A stretch of DNA of 64,000 nucleotides, taken from assembly GCA_963844885.1 (NCBI GenBank), contig CAWJQA010000006.1, forward strand, positions 608,366 to 672,365, read 5' to 3'. The number at the start of each line of letters is the position of its first letter. Position 1 is the stretch's first letter. This DNA comes from an uncultured Holophagales bacterium. GTDB lineage: Bacteria > Acidobacteriota > Thermoanaerobaculia > Multivoradales > UBA5704. A model generated the notes under the pieces. It was not told where the DNA came from and searched no databases. It worked only from the letters and a program-made list of their open reading frames with translations. Below, piece after piece: positions 50,314 to 61,529 of this stretch. The position numbers and the translations under genes are program-made.

Positions 50314-51651
50314 ATGAGAAACGTAACTCTCCTGCTGCTGAGCCTGGCGCTCGTGGCCGCTCCGGCCTTCGCCCTCGACGTCCAGAACACCAACAACTAC
50401 CTGATCAAGCTCAATGGCAACCCTCCGGCCAACCTCGCGGCCCAGGTGTCCGCGGCGGGCGGTGCTCTGCTGCGGATCCACCCCGAGATCGGCTATGCCA
50501 CCGCGACCTCGGCGGACCCGGGATTCTCCGGCAACCTGCGCGGAGCCTCCATCCAGTCGGTGGACCGCGACCTGAGCCTCCAGTGGGTTCCGCCGCTGCA
50601 CGTCGAGTCCGCCGGTCCGGCCTCGCAGGTCGGCACGGCCTCGAGCCCGTCGGGCGCGTTTTTCTATCCCTGCCAGTGGTCGCTGCAGCGGATCAGCGCG
50701 CCGGCGGCCTGGGCGCAGGGTGCCACCGGCGCGGGCATCAAGGTAGCCGTGCTCGACACCGGCGTCGATCCCTTCCATCAGGATCTGGCGGGCAGGATCG
50801 ACGTGGCGAACAGCGCCAGCATGCTCACCGCGGGCAGCTCTCCCTGCGGCGCCTTCGACGAGGTCAACATCTACGACCTGAACTTCCACGGCTCCTTCGT
50901 GTCGGGCCTGATCACGTCGAACAACCTGGGTAGCGCCGGCGTCGCGCCGGACGCGCAGGTCGTGGGCGTCAAGGTGCTCAACTGCACCGGCTCCGGCAGC
51001 TTCAGCGACGTCATCGCGGGCATCCTCTACGCCGCCAACCTCGCCGATGTCGACATCCTCAACATGAGCCTGGGCGCCGCCATCCCGAAAAACCTGCCGG
51101 GTGCCGGCCCGCTGATCGCGGCCTTGAACAAGGCCGTCAACTACGCCGAGAGCCAGGGCAAGCTGGTCGTCTCGGCCGCCGGCAACAACGGCGCCGACAT
51201 GCAGCACTTCGGCAACGTCACCTGGGTTCCGGCCGAGTCGGGCTCCGGTACCGCGGTCTACGCCACCTCCAACCTCGACACCCTGGCTTCCTACTCGAAT
51301 TACGGCATCTCCGGCACCTGGGTCGGCGCTCCCGGCGGCGACTTCCCGAACACGTCCCCGGGCCTGCCGGGCTGCGTGGTCAACAACGCCTTGGAGTCGC
51401 TGGTCCTCTCGGTCTGCTCCAGCTTCGTCTGCGGCGCGACGAACTTCTATGCGCTCGGCGGCGGAACCAGCTTCGCCTCCCCGATCGTCGCGGGCGTGGC
51501 CGCGCTCGTAGACGGCCAGCACGGCGGCGCGCTCGGCGCGGCGCAGCTCAAGACGATCCTGAAAAACTCCGCCGACGACCTGGGCGCGCCCGGCACCGAC
51601 TCGATCTTTAGCCACGGCCGTGTGAACGCGGGCAATGCCGTCCAGCCGTAG
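50314..51651 (+). CDS. S8 family subtilisin-like serine peptidase, secreted
   Basis: Signal peptide. Catalytic D (VAVLDTGVD), H (HGSFVSG) and S (GGTSFASPIVAG). Confidence 0.9.
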   Translation: MRNVTLLLLSLALVAAPAFALDVQNTNNYLIKLNGNPPANLAAQVSAAGGALLRIHPEIGYATATSADPGFSGNLRGASIQSVDRDLSLQWVPPLHVESAGPASQVGTASSPSGAFFYPCQWSLQRISAPAAWAQGATGAGIKVAVLDTGVDPFHQDLAGRIDVANSASMLTAGSSPCGAFDEVNIYDLNFHGSFVSGLITSNNLGSAGVAPDAQVVGVKVLNCTGSGSFSDVIAGILYAANLADVDILNMSLGAAIPKNLPGAGPLIAALNKAVNYAESQGKLVVSAAGNNGADMQHFGNVTWVPAESGSGTAVYATSNLDTLASYSNYGISGTWVGAPGGDFPNTSPGLPGCVVNNALESLVLSVCSSFVCGATNFYALGGGTSFASPIVAGVAALVDGQHGGALGAAQLKTILKNSADDLGAPGTDSIFSHGRVNAGNAVQP

Positions 51652-51754
51652 TCCGCCTTTATGCCTTCTTTGTCTCGACTCCGCCGGCTTGTTGCACCAT
51701 ACTCCTCGGAGTATCAATGACTCGGCCTCCGTTCCGAGGCCCCCTCAAGGAGAC

Positions 51755-53104
51755 ATGATGAAAAGAAAGCTCTTGCTTGGTTGTCTCGCTTTTGCCGTTT
51801 GTCTTGCCCAGGCGGGAGCGCTCGCCGCCCAGGACGGCCGGTACGTAGTCGAGCTCAAGCGCGGGATCCCCGCGAACCTTGATGCCATGGTCGCCGCGGC
51901 AGGCGGGACCGTACAGCGCGTCCTTCCCCAGATCGGTTATGTCGTGGTGAAGGCGAACGACCCGCAGTTCGCGGACCGGATGGCGAAGCAGATCAACGTG
52001 GTGGGGGTCTATGCGAGCTCGAAGCTTCAGCTCTCACCCATCTTCGAAGGCACCGCGTTCCGCGCTCCGAAACGCACCACGGCCGCGACCGGCAATCCGG
52101 CCGACGCCAGCCTGTTCCCCTGCCAGTGGCAGCTCCAGAAGATGGACGCGCCGGAAGCGTGGGCGCTGGGCGCGATGGGCAGCCTGAACGCCAAGGTGGC
52201 GATCATCGACACCGGCGTCGACCCCACCCAGGACGACATGGTCGGCCGGGTCGACGAAGGCGAGAGCGTGAACATGCTCGCGTCACCCTCCGAGTGCGGT
52301 GCCGAGGATGACGACACCATCCACGACCTCGCCGGGCACGGCACGTTCATGGCCTCGATGGTCACGACCAACGGCATCAACATGGCGGCCGTCGCACCCG
52401 AAACCCAGATCGTGGCCGTCAAGGTCTTCAGTTGCACGGGCCAGGGCGACTGGCCGGAAGTTATCGCCGGCATCGTGTACGCCGCCGACCTGCCGGACGT
52501 CTCCGCCATCAGCATCAGCCTCGGCGGCTTCGCCCAGCGCAACGTTCCGGGCGCCAAGCAGGTGATCCGTGCGGTCAAGGCAGCCGTGGACTACGCCTAC
52601 TCTCAGGGCAAGATCGTCGTGACCGTAGCCGGCAACCAGCACGTCGACCTGCGGCACATCCTTCCTCTGGTGCCCCTCCCCACCGTGTCGGGCGAGGCGG
52701 TCGGCGTCTACGGCACCGACTTCAAGGACGACCTCACCAGCTATTCGAACTGGGGCTTCCCGGCGGCCTGGATCGGAGCGCCGGCCGGCGACAACGTGCC
52801 GCCGAAGCACCCGTTCCCGGGCTGCACCCTACCCGAGGCCCAGCAGGGACGCATCATCGGCGCCTGCTCCAGCTCTGTCTGTGACGGCGCGACGGACGCC
52901 TACATCACCGGCCGCGGCACCAGCATCTCGTCGCCGCTCGTCGCCGCCGTGGCCGCCCTGATCGACGGCCAGGCGGACGGAGCGCTGGACGGCCGGCGGC
53001 TGAAGGTGATCCTCAAGAACCGCGCGGACGACCTGGGCGAGCCCGGGACGGACGGGATCTTCGGCCACGGCCGCGTGAACGCGGGCCGGGCCGTGAATCA
53101 TTGA
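51755..53104 (+). CDS. S8 family subtilisin-like serine peptidase, secreted (paralog)
   Basis: RBS AAGGAGAC then MMKRKLLLGCLAFAVCLAQAGA. D (VAIIDTGVD), H (HGTFMAS), S (GRGTSISSPLVAA). Confidence 0.9.
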   Translation: MMKRKLLLGCLAFAVCLAQAGALAAQDGRYVVELKRGIPANLDAMVAAAGGTVQRVLPQIGYVVVKANDPQFADRMAKQINVVGVYASSKLQLSPIFEGTAFRAPKRTTAATGNPADASLFPCQWQLQKMDAPEAWALGAMGSLNAKVAIIDTGVDPTQDDMVGRVDEGESVNMLASPSECGAEDDDTIHDLAGHGTFMASMVTTNGINMAAVAPETQIVAVKVFSCTGQGDWPEVIAGIVYAADLPDVSAISISLGGFAQRNVPGAKQVIRAVKAAVDYAYSQGKIVVTVAGNQHVDLRHILPLVPLPTVSGEAVGVYGTDFKDDLTSYSNWGFPAAWIGAPAGDNVPPKHPFPGCTLPEAQQGRIIGACSSSVCDGATDAYITGRGTSISSPLVAAVAALIDGQADGALDGRRLKVILKNRADDLGEPGTDGIFGHGRVNAGRAVNH

Positions 53105-53212
53105 TCCCATACCGGTTGATCCCGTTCCCCCTCTCCCCGACCCTCTCCCCCGTACCGGGGGAGAGGGGGATCCACCCTTCCTCTTTCTCCGTAAGTATTA
53201 GAATCCCCTCCC

Positions 53213-54544
53213 ATGAGCCTCGACGTCCTCGTCATCGGCGGCGGCATCTCCGGCCTGACGACGGCCTTCTATCTGGCACGCGGCGGCCGGCAGGTCGCGG
53301 TCCTCGAAGCTTCGCCTCGTGTGGGGGGATCGCTGGAGAGCCGGACCGACGGTGCGTGGCGCTTCGAGCTCGGGCCGAATACGGTCCTGGAGAACCATGA
53401 AACGGTCACGCGGCTGATCCGGGAAGCCGGCTTGGATGGAGAAAGAGTCACCGCCTCGGCCTCGGCCAGGCGCCGCTTCCTCTGGAAGGCCGGGCAGCTC
53501 CATCCTCTGCCGTCCGGGCCGGTGGGTTTTCTCAGGACCCCCCTCTTCCCGTTCTCGGCCAAGCTCCGCCTGCTGCGCGAGCCGTGGATCCCCAGGCCGT
53601 TCGGCGATCCGGAAGAGACCATCGCCGCGTTCGTTCGCCGCCGCCTCGGACAGGCCTTCCTCGACTACGCCGTGGGACCGTTCGTCTCCGGCGTCTATGC
53701 GGGCGACCCCGAGCGCCTCTCGGTCCGCTACGCCGTGCCGAAGATCGCTTCGCTGGAGCGCGACCACGGCAGCCTGATCCGCGGCGCGCTCGCGCGGCGC
53801 AAAGGCCCGGCGCCGGGTGGCGCCATGATCTCCTTCCGGGAAGGCCTCGATCAGCTTCCCCGGACTCTGGCGCGGGAGATCGGGGACGTGCGGACCGGTG
53901 TGGTCTGCCGGCGGATCGTCCAAACCGGGAGCGGCTTCGTCGCCGAGACCGATGCGGGTCCGATCGAAGCGCGGGAGGTCGTCCTCGCCGTTCCCGCCGA
54001 TGTGGCGGCAAGCCTCCTGGACGAGGCCACGCAGGGCCTCAGCCGGGGGTTGGCCGAGATCCCCTACGCGGCAGTGGCGCTGGTCTCGACCGGCTGGCGC
54101 CGCGAGGACATCGCCCACCCGCTGGGCGGGTTCGGCTTCCTCGCGCCGCGCAAGGAGGGGCTGCACGTGCTCGGCGTCCTCTTCCCCTCCGAGATCTTCC
54201 CCGGACGCGCTCCCGAAGGTCACACCGTGCTGACCGCATTCGTGGGCGGCCGCACCGAGCCGGAGGCCGCAGGCTGGGATGACGGCCGCCTGATGTCCGT
54301 GATCCTCGAAGAGCTGCGCCAGACCGTCGGCGTGCGGGGCGAGCCTCTCATCCAGACCATCCGCCGCTGGCCGCGCGCCATCCCTCAATACGAGGTCGGC
54401 CACGGCCGCTTTCTGGATCTGGCCCGGGAGATCGAAGGCGCCCTCCCGGGCCTGCGCATCGGCGGCAACTTCCTCCGCGGCGTCTCGGTCCCCGACTGCA
54501 TCCGCAACGCCACGGAGCTGGTGGAGGCGATGCTTCAGCGCTGA
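53213..54544 (+). CDS. hemY: protoporphyrinogen/coproporphyrinogen oxidase (HemY-like FAD amine oxidase)
   Basis: MSLDVLVIGGGISGLTTAFYLARGGRQVAVLEASPRVGG dinucleotide-binding motif. 443 aa, typical PPOX length and pattern. Confidence 0.8.
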   Translation: MSLDVLVIGGGISGLTTAFYLARGGRQVAVLEASPRVGGSLESRTDGAWRFELGPNTVLENHETVTRLIREAGLDGERVTASASARRRFLWKAGQLHPLPSGPVGFLRTPLFPFSAKLRLLREPWIPRPFGDPEETIAAFVRRRLGQAFLDYAVGPFVSGVYAGDPERLSVRYAVPKIASLERDHGSLIRGALARRKGPAPGGAMISFREGLDQLPRTLAREIGDVRTGVVCRRIVQTGSGFVAETDAGPIEAREVVLAVPADVAASLLDEATQGLSRGLAEIPYAAVALVSTGWRREDIAHPLGGFGFLAPRKEGLHVLGVLFPSEIFPGRAPEGHTVLTAFVGGRTEPEAAGWDDGRLMSVILEELRQTVGVRGEPLIQTIRRWPRAIPQYEVGHGRFLDLAREIEGALPGLRIGGNFLRGVSVPDCIRNATELVEAMLQR

Positions 54545-54578
54545 GGCGGAGCCGTCGTGTACAATCGCCGGCCATCTC

Positions 54579-55838
54579 ATGGAACCGACCGCGACAACCC
54601 CGCCAATCGCCCCGATACCTCTCTCGACCCGGAAGAAGCTCGTCTTCTCACTCGTCCTGCTGGCCTTCCTCTGGCTTCTGGCCGAGCTCGCCTGCCAGGC
54701 CGGACTCTGGGCCCTGGCAAAGTACAAGAACATCGAGTACATCCCGGCCCTCGTCCAGACCCTCTCCGACAAGCACCGGGGCATCCTGCAGGCCCATCTC
54801 GGCGGCTCGTCGTCGTACGTCATCTCCGACCCCGAGCTCGGCTGGACCATCCGGCCGAACGCGAACAAACGGGGGTACCGGGCGAACCGCGACGCCATCC
54901 GCGCCGACCGCGAGTACGACCTCCAGCCGCCGCCGGGCGTGCTGCGGCTCGCCGCCTTCGGCGACTCCTTCACCCACGCCAGCGACGTCCCCAACCCGGC
55001 TACCTGGGAGCACCGCCTGGAGGAGACCCGCCCGAACCTGGAGGCGCTCAACTTCGGCGTGCCCGGATTCGAGCCGGGCCAGGCCCTCCTCCGCTACCGC
55101 CGCGAGGGGGTGCGGTTCCACCCCCACATCGTCCTGATCGGCTTCATGTCCGAGAACATCAACCGGGTGGTCAACACCTTCCGGCCGTTCTACTTCCCCC
55201 GCAGCGGCGTGCCGTTCACGAAGCCGCGCTTCGCCCTGCGCGGCGGCAAGCTGGTTCTCATCGAGAACCCCATCCGGGACGACGAAGGCTACCGGGAGCT
55301 TCTCCGCAGCCCCGAAACCGTGCTGCCGCGCCTGGGCAAGGACGACTATTTCTATCAGCGCAATTCCAAGCGCAACCCTCTGGACTTCCTCCCCTCCGTC
55401 CGCTTCGCGAGCATCTTTGCCGATCAGTACCTCCACCAGCCCATCTTCTCGGGCGGGGTTTACAATACGCGCTCGGAGGCATACCAAGTGACGGTGGCGG
55501 TCCTCGAACAATTCTACAAAGAGGCCACTGCCAACAGCTCGCTTCCCATCATCGTCATCTTTCCCGAGCGGCGCGAGATCCGCAACCGCCGCGAAGGCGA
55601 GAAAGTCGTCTACGAACCGCTCCTCACGGAGCTTCACCGCGGCGGCTACCGCACCATCGATCTCCTCGATGGCTTCCAGCGCTACGATCCACAGGGGGAG
55701 ATGATGAAAAAGAAATTCATCCATTACCCCAAGAGCGGGAACCGGATGGTGGCGCGGACGATCCTCGACTACCTGGAGCAGAACCGGCTCACCACACCCG
55801 AACAGATCCGCGCCGCCATGCAGTCCGCGGGTCGCTGA
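54579..55838 (+). CDS. membrane-anchored SGNH/GDSL hydrolase-like protein
   Basis: N-terminal TM helix. The GDSL block reads LAAFGDSFTHASDV. 419 aa. Confidence 0.5.
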   Translation: MEPTATTPPIAPIPLSTRKKLVFSLVLLAFLWLLAELACQAGLWALAKYKNIEYIPALVQTLSDKHRGILQAHLGGSSSYVISDPELGWTIRPNANKRGYRANRDAIRADREYDLQPPPGVLRLAAFGDSFTHASDVPNPATWEHRLEETRPNLEALNFGVPGFEPGQALLRYRREGVRFHPHIVLIGFMSENINRVVNTFRPFYFPRSGVPFTKPRFALRGGKLVLIENPIRDDEGYRELLRSPETVLPRLGKDDYFYQRNSKRNPLDFLPSVRFASIFADQYLHQPIFSGGVYNTRSEAYQVTVAVLEQFYKEATANSSLPIIVIFPERREIRNRREGEKVVYEPLLTELHRGGYRTIDLLDGFQRYDPQGEMMKKKFIHYPKSGNRMVARTILDYLEQNRLTTPEQIRAAMQSAGR

Positions 55839-55892
55839 ACAGGGGGGCTCGACAGCCGTCGAACCCCCTGGCAGGCTATCGGCACACCCGCC

Positions 55893-56162
55893 TCAGCGCA
55901 CAGCGCCGCGGCGGAACAGGTTGACGATCGCGAGCAGGACGACAGCACCCAGCAGTGACACGAGCAGCGACGACAGGCTCAGGTCACCCGAGGTCACGGT
56001 GCCGGTACCGAAAAGCGGGGCCAACAGCAGACCGGCGAGCAGAGCGCCGACGATGCCGACAACGATGTTGAGAATGACTCCTTGCTGAGCATTCGTGCGC
56101 ATGATCATACTGGCGACCCAGCCGATCAAGCCACCAACGATAAGCATGATGATGAAGTTCAT
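55893..56162 (-). CDS. GlsB/YeaQ/YmgE family stress-response membrane protein
   Basis: MNFIIMLIVGGLIGWVASMIM...GIVGALLAGLL characteristic Gly-zipper TM pattern. 89 aa. Confidence 0.75.
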   Translation of the reverse strand: MNFIIMLIVGGLIGWVASMIMRTNAQQGVILNIVVGIVGALLAGLLLAPLFGTGTVTSGDLSLSSLLVSLLGAVVLLAIVNLFRRGAVR

Positions 56163-56350
56163 GACGGTCCTCCTCTGGTTGAAGTTTTTTCGGGGTTTGC
56201 TTCCAAACCATCCCCTACTCCCTGTCAATAGCAACTGTCGTGCCACTGCCGGCAAGCCGGCCCGATAGGAAGAGGAGGAGAACGGGATCAAACCCCCTCT
56301 CCCCCGGCCCGGAGGAGAGGGTCGGGGAGAGGGGGAACGGGATCAAACCC

Positions 56351-58279
56351 TCAGCGGCTTCCGACGGGCCGGGTCTTCTGGACCGGTACCGCCTTGGCCT
56401 CATCGGGCTTGAAGGAGGTTTCGGAGTTGAGCTCATGGGCGCGGCGGTCGAGACCGAGGCTCCCCTGCTCCAGCCAGGCGTGCTTGCCGTCGAGTACCTT
56501 GAGCGCGACCTTGTACTTCCGGACGTCGTCGTTGCTCCACAGATCCTGGAACAGGCGGACGATCCGGCGCCGCGAATTGCGGCAGAACAGGTCGGCCAGC
56601 TCGGCGGCGTTCTCCGCCTCGGGATGGCCGGCCTCGCGCAAGGCCTGGGCGCGGGAGACCGAGGAGGAGATCGCGAACAGCTCGTTGGCGATGTCCACCA
56701 GCCGGAACAGGAAGGCCTGCTTGTTCTGAAGTTTGGCCTGGTGGACGATCATGCCGTGGAAGATCTGCCGCGACAGCCGGCGGGTGTTGCGCTCGGCGAA
56801 GCGCAGATGGCTGGCGAGCTCGCCGAACTCCTGGTAGCGCGGCCACTGGGCCCAGCCCAGCCAGCGCGTCGGATACCAGCTCGCGTAGAACGAGGTCATC
56901 TTGGGGATCTCGGCGAGCTTCTCGGCCACGCTCTTCTCCGGGTCGATCATTGCGCCGGCGACCTGGAGGTGCTTGTCCACGGCCTCGCGCGCCATGAACA
57001 GATGCATGATCTCGCTCGACCCCTCGAAGATCAGGTTGATGCGGTAGTCGCGCATCACCTGCTCGACCGGGATCGGCGCCTCGCCGCGGGCGGCCAGCGA
57101 CGCCTCGGTCTCGTAGCCGCGCCCGCCGCGGATCTGCATCGTGTCGTCGACGATCTCCCAGGTCCACCAGGAGTTCCACTCCTTGGCCGCAGCCGCTTCG
57201 AGCCGGATGTCGTAGCCGCCGCGGTCGGCCATCTCCGTGGCGAGCAGCGCCACCGACTCCATGGCGAACGTGGTGGCCGCCATGTCGGCGAGCTTGTGCG
57301 AGATGGCCTCGTGCTTGCCGACCGGCCGGCCCCACTGCACCCGCTCGGCCGCCCACTTGCGGCAGATCTCCAGGCAGAGCTTGGCGGTGCCCACGGAGCC
57401 GTTCGGGATCGACAGGCGGCCGTCGTTGAGGGTCGTGAGGGCGATCTTGAGCCCCTTGCCCTCCTCGCCGATCAGGTTCTCGGCCGGCACCCGGACGTTC
57501 TTGAAGCTGATCACCGCGTTGGCCAGCGCACGCAGGCCCATGAAATGGCAGCGGTGCTCGACCTTCACGCCCGGCCAGTCGGCCTCGACCACGAAGGCGC
57601 TGATCTTCTTCGACTTGGGATCGCGGGCCATCACCACCAGCAGCTCGGCGATCGTGCCGTTGGTGCACCAGAGCTTCTCGCCGTTGAGGATGTAGTCGCC
57701 CTCGGGCGTCTTGACCGCGTCCGTCTGCAGGCGGGCCGGATCGGACCCGACCTGCGCCTCGGTCAGCGCGAAGGCGGAGATCTCACCCTTGGCGCACCGC
57801 GGCAGGTACTTCTGCTTGAGCAGCTCCGAGCCGAAGGTCTTGAGCGGCTGCGGCACGCCGATCGACTGGTGCGCCGAAAGCAGCGCCGACAGGTTGCCGT
57901 CGCAGCTGCCGAGCAGATGCATGATCTTCTGGTACTCGGCGTTGGTGAAGCCCAGGCCGCCGTACTTCTTCGGGATCTTCATCCCGAAAGCGCCGAGCTT
58001 CCGGAGACCGTCGACCACGTGCTCGGGATACTCCCCCGTGACGTCGATCTCCACCGAGTCGACCTGGTCCCGCAGGAACTCCCGCATCGCCTGGTAGAAG
58101 GCCGTGAACTCCGGCCGCTCCTGCTCGGCGAGAGGATATGGATGGATCAGGTCCAGACGGAAGTTGCCGAGGAACATCTCGCGCAGGAAGCTCGGCTGCT
58201 TCCACTCCGTTTCGCGCGAGGCCTCCGCCACCTTCCTCGATTCCAGCTCACTGACGTTGTGCAGATCCTTGGTCGACAT
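56351..58279 (-). CDS. large acyl-CoA dehydrogenase family protein
   Basis: RBS AGGGGACA then MSTKDLHNV. ACAD motifs (GSELLKQKYLPRCAKGEISAFALTEAQVGSD, IRGGRGYETE). About 642 aa. Confidence 0.85.
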   Translation of the reverse strand: MSTKDLHNVSELESRKVAEASRETEWKQPSFLREMFLGNFRLDLIHPYPLAEQERPEFTAFYQAMREFLRDQVDSVEIDVTGEYPEHVVDGLRKLGAFGMKIPKKYGGLGFTNAEYQKIMHLLGSCDGNLSALLSAHQSIGVPQPLKTFGSELLKQKYLPRCAKGEISAFALTEAQVGSDPARLQTDAVKTPEGDYILNGEKLWCTNGTIAELLVVMARDPKSKKISAFVVEADWPGVKVEHRCHFMGLRALANAVISFKNVRVPAENLIGEEGKGLKIALTTLNDGRLSIPNGSVGTAKLCLEICRKWAAERVQWGRPVGKHEAISHKLADMAATTFAMESVALLATEMADRGGYDIRLEAAAAKEWNSWWTWEIVDDTMQIRGGRGYETEASLAARGEAPIPVEQVMRDYRINLIFEGSSEIMHLFMAREAVDKHLQVAGAMIDPEKSVAEKLAEIPKMTSFYASWYPTRWLGWAQWPRYQEFGELASHLRFAERNTRRLSRQIFHGMIVHQAKLQNKQAFLFRLVDIANELFAISSSVSRAQALREAGHPEAENAAELADLFCRNSRRRIVRLFQDLWSNDDVRKYKVALKVLDGKHAWLEQGSLGLDRRAHELNSETSFKPDEAKAVPVQKTRPVGSR

Positions 58280-58465
58280 GGATTGTCCCCTTTTCGATGC
58301 CCCTTCTCTCAATGGGCTCCTGATGCAACGGGCGTTCCCGGCTCCGGAAGGAGGGGGCCCGATTTCTGCGGACGGGCCCGCTGCTTTGCCGCACTGCGAC
58401 ATTCTACCAGGATCGGTCCAGCCTCTACAAGAGGGAGAATGCGGGAAAATAGATGAGCGGGGGGG

Positions 58466-59366
58466 TCAAGTTCGCCGCGGTGCGGCTGAAGGCCGTCGCA
58501 CCGCGACGGCGACGCCGACCACCACCAGCGCCGCGCCGGCGAGGATTCGGACGGTGAGCGGCTCGTCCAGGAACAAGGAGCCGACGAGGACCGCCACCAC
58601 GGGAGTGGCGTAGTTGACGAGGGAGAGGCTGGTGGCCGGAAGACGCTTGAGGAGCCAGTAGTAGAGGGTGAACGCCAGGGCCGAGCCCACCACGGCCAGG
58701 TAGAGCACGGCGAGGATCGGCCCGGTCCGCCAGGCGATGGGCTGATTGGTCTCAGACGCCCAGGCGAACGGCACTGTGAACAGGGTGCCGAAGACCATCG
58801 GCATGGCCGAGATCGACAGTGGATGGATGCCGCCGCCCCACTTCTTCACCGCCACGTTCGCGAACGCCGAGCAGAGCGGCGCGATCAGCAGGACGGCCGA
58901 GGCGAAGGCCACCTTCGGCCCGCCCAGCTTGGTGAAGTCCTCCGAAAAGAGGACCGCCACCCCCGCGAAGCCCAGCAGGATGCCCACCAGGCTGCCGGCC
59001 CGCAGCCGCTCTCCCGGCAGGGAGAGGTGGGCCAGGATGGCGACGAACAGCGGGAAGGTCGCGAACAGGATCGCGGCGAGGCCGGACGGCACCCACTGCT
59101 CCGCCCAGTAGACCAGGCCGTAGGAGACCGTGAACGTGAGGAGGCCGTTGAGGATCCACAGCCGGCGCTCGCGCGGCTCCCGCCCGAGGCGCACCTTGAG
59201 CGCCGGAGCGAGCGACAGCAGAAGGATCGACGCGATGCCGAAGCGGACCACCACCCCCTTGAGCGGCGGAAAGCCCTCCAGGCTGACGCGGATCGCCGCC
59301 CAAGTCGTGCCCCAGATGAAGATCAGGGCCGCGAGGGCGGCGTAGGTGGTCAGCGGGCGGCCGGTC
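58466..59366 (-). CDS. EamA/DMT family transporter (start codon unclear)
   Basis: Ten hydrophobic helices with duplicated EamA domains. Lies directly after the asnS stop. The ORF track fuses it to asnS (58466..60694). Confidence 0.7.
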
Positions 59367-59372
59367 TTCAGG

Positions 59373-60694
59373 GCCGCTCCCTTACGGATAGATCTTGTAG
59401 AGCAGCCGTGGGTACGGGATGGTCTCGCGCAAGTGACTGACGCCGCACATCCAGGCCACGAACCGCTCGACGCCCATGCCGAAGCCGCAGTGCGGATACC
59501 AGCCGTACTTGCGGACGTCCAGATACCACTGGAACGCCTCGACGGGGAGGTTGTGCTCCGGATGCGGTCGAGCAGCAGGTCGTGGTCGTGAATCCTCTGG
59601 CTGCCGCCGATGATCTCGCCGTAGCCCTCGGGCGCGATGAGGTCGAGGCCGAGCACGGTCTCGCGGCCCGGCTCGCTGTCCGGCGACGGCTGCATGTAGA
59701 ACGCCTTGAAGGCCGCCGGGAAGTGGGTGATCATCACCGGCCGGTCGTACTGGCTGGCCAGGATGGTCTCCTCGTCGCCGCCGAAGTCGTCCCCCCACTG
59801 GATGGGGTTGCCCTCCCGGTTGAGGATCTCGACCGCCTGGGTGTAGGTGATGCGCGGGAAGGGCGGCACCACGGCCTCGAGCTTCGCGGTGTCGCGCTCC
59901 AGCACCTTGAGCTCTTCCTTGGCGCGGTCGAGCACCCGGCCCACCAGGGAGCCGACGAACTCCTCGGCGAGCCGGCAGAGGCCTTCGAACTCCAGGAAGG
60001 CCACTTCGGGCTCGACCATCCAGAACTCCATGAGGTGGCGCCGGGTCTTCGACTTCTCGGCGCGGAAGGTGGGGCCGAAGCAGTAGACCTTGCCGAGCGC
60101 CGCGGCGGCGGGCTCCAGGTAGAGCTGGCCGGACTGGCTCAAGAAGGCCTTGTCGCCGAAGTAGTCGGTCTCGAACAGGGTCGAGGTCCCTTCGCAGGCG
60201 GCGGGAGTGAGGATCGGCGAGTCGATCAGGGTGAAGTCGCGCTCGTAGAAGAAGTCGCGGATGGCCTGCTCGACCTCGCTGCGCACCCGCAGGGCCGAGC
60301 GCTGCTTGCTGGAGCGCAGCCAGAGGTGCCGGTGCTCCATCAGGAACGCGGTGCCGTGCTCCTTCGGGGTGATCGGGTAGTCCTGGGTCAGGTACGACAC
60401 CTTGAAATCGGTGAGCTGGACCTCGACGCCGATCGGCGAGCGCTTGTCTTCCTTGACCTTGCCGGCCAGCCAGATGGTGGACTCCTGGGTGGCGCGCTCG
60501 ATGTCGGCCCAGGCGGCTTCGGAGACGTCGTTGCGGCCGGCCACGGCCTGCACGCCGCCGCCGCCGCACCTCACCTGGAGGAAGGCGATCTTGCCGCTCG
60601 ACCGCTTGTTGTCGAGCCACCCGTTGAGGACGACATCCTCGCCGATGTGGCGCTTCAGCTCACGGACGGAAGAGACGGGGGTCGGTTCGCTCAT
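59373..60694 (-). CDS. asnS: asparagine--tRNA ligase (class IIb) with one apparent frameshift near 59545-59560
   Basis: [39 protein letters not shown] and [10 protein letters not shown] in frame 1. The C-terminus [52 protein letters not shown] is in the frame of ORF 59382..60620. The junction atccgg|agcac looks like a 1-nt homopolymer indel. Confidence 0.85.
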
Positions 60695-60712
60695 AAGACG
60701 CGGGATTGTAGC

Positions 60713-61438
60713 CTACTTTCCCGTTGATGCCGCTGACGACGGCAGTTCGGGAATGTGCTCCAGGGCGTCCTTGGCGGCCTTCTGTTCCGCGACCTTCTTG
60801 CTCGGCCCTTCGCCGCGGCCGGCGCACTGGCCGTCGAGCCAGCATTCCACGGTGAAGACTTTGTTGTGGTCGGGGCCGACCGCCCCGACGATCCGATAAT
60901 CGGGCAGGGACCACCCCAGCGCCTGGGTGACCTCCTGGAGGTGGGTCTTGGCGTCGGTGGCGAGAAGCTTGCCGCGGCCCTCTTCCCCGCCCTCTTCCAG
61001 CATGGGATGGATGGCGTCGCGGGCCGCCTCCACGCCGGCATCCAGGTAAACGGCGCCGAACACGGCCTCCATGGAGTCGGCCAGCAGCGAGGCCTTGGTG
61101 CGGCCCCCCGAGCGCTCTTCCCCCACGCCGATCCGCAGCTCCGGCCCCAGCGCCAGCCGTTCGGCGAAGCGGGCCAGGGAGGTGCGGCTGACGAGTTGAG
61201 CCTTGAGCTTGGAAAGCTCCCCCTCGGGCAGCTCGGGGTGATGCTCGTAGAGCCACTCCGCGGTAACCAGCCCGAGCACGGCGTCGCCCAGGAACTCCAG
61301 GCGCTCATAGTGCTCGGGCACCCCCTGCTCGTTGGCATAGGACCGGTGCCTGAGGGCAAGCTCCAGCAGATCGAGCCGCTTGAAACGGTGCCCGAGACGC
61401 TTCTCCAGCGGTGTCGTAGATCGGCGGCCGAAAACCAT
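60713..61438 (-). CDS. rnc: ribonuclease III
   Basis: RNase III signature ERLEFLGDAVLGLVTAEWLY and a C-terminal dsRBD. Start MVFGRRSTTPLEKRLGHRF at about 61438. Confidence 0.85.
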   Translation of the reverse strand: MVFGRRSTTPLEKRLGHRFKRLDLLELALRHRSYANEQGVPEHYERLEFLGDAVLGLVTAEWLYEHHPELPEGELSKLKAQLVSRTSLARFAERLALGPELRIGVGEERSGGRTKASLLADSMEAVFGAVYLDAGVEAARDAIHPMLEEGGEEGRGKLLATDAKTHLQEVTQALGWSLPDYRIVGAVGPDHNKVFTVECWLDGQCAGRGEGPSKKVAEQKAAKDALEHIPELPSSAASTGK

Positions 61439-61529
61439 GGCGCGCCATGGTATCTCAGAGCAAGCTGAGCCAGCCACCGCTCTTCTGCTAGAGTCTCCTC
61501 CCGATCCGAGCGACTCCGGAGGCTTCGAC

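Noticed and set aside
58466-60694. 742-aa single protein
   Set aside because: It is asnS read through (via a frameshift) into the downstream EamA transporter gene. The true asnS C-terminus is in the adjacent frame.
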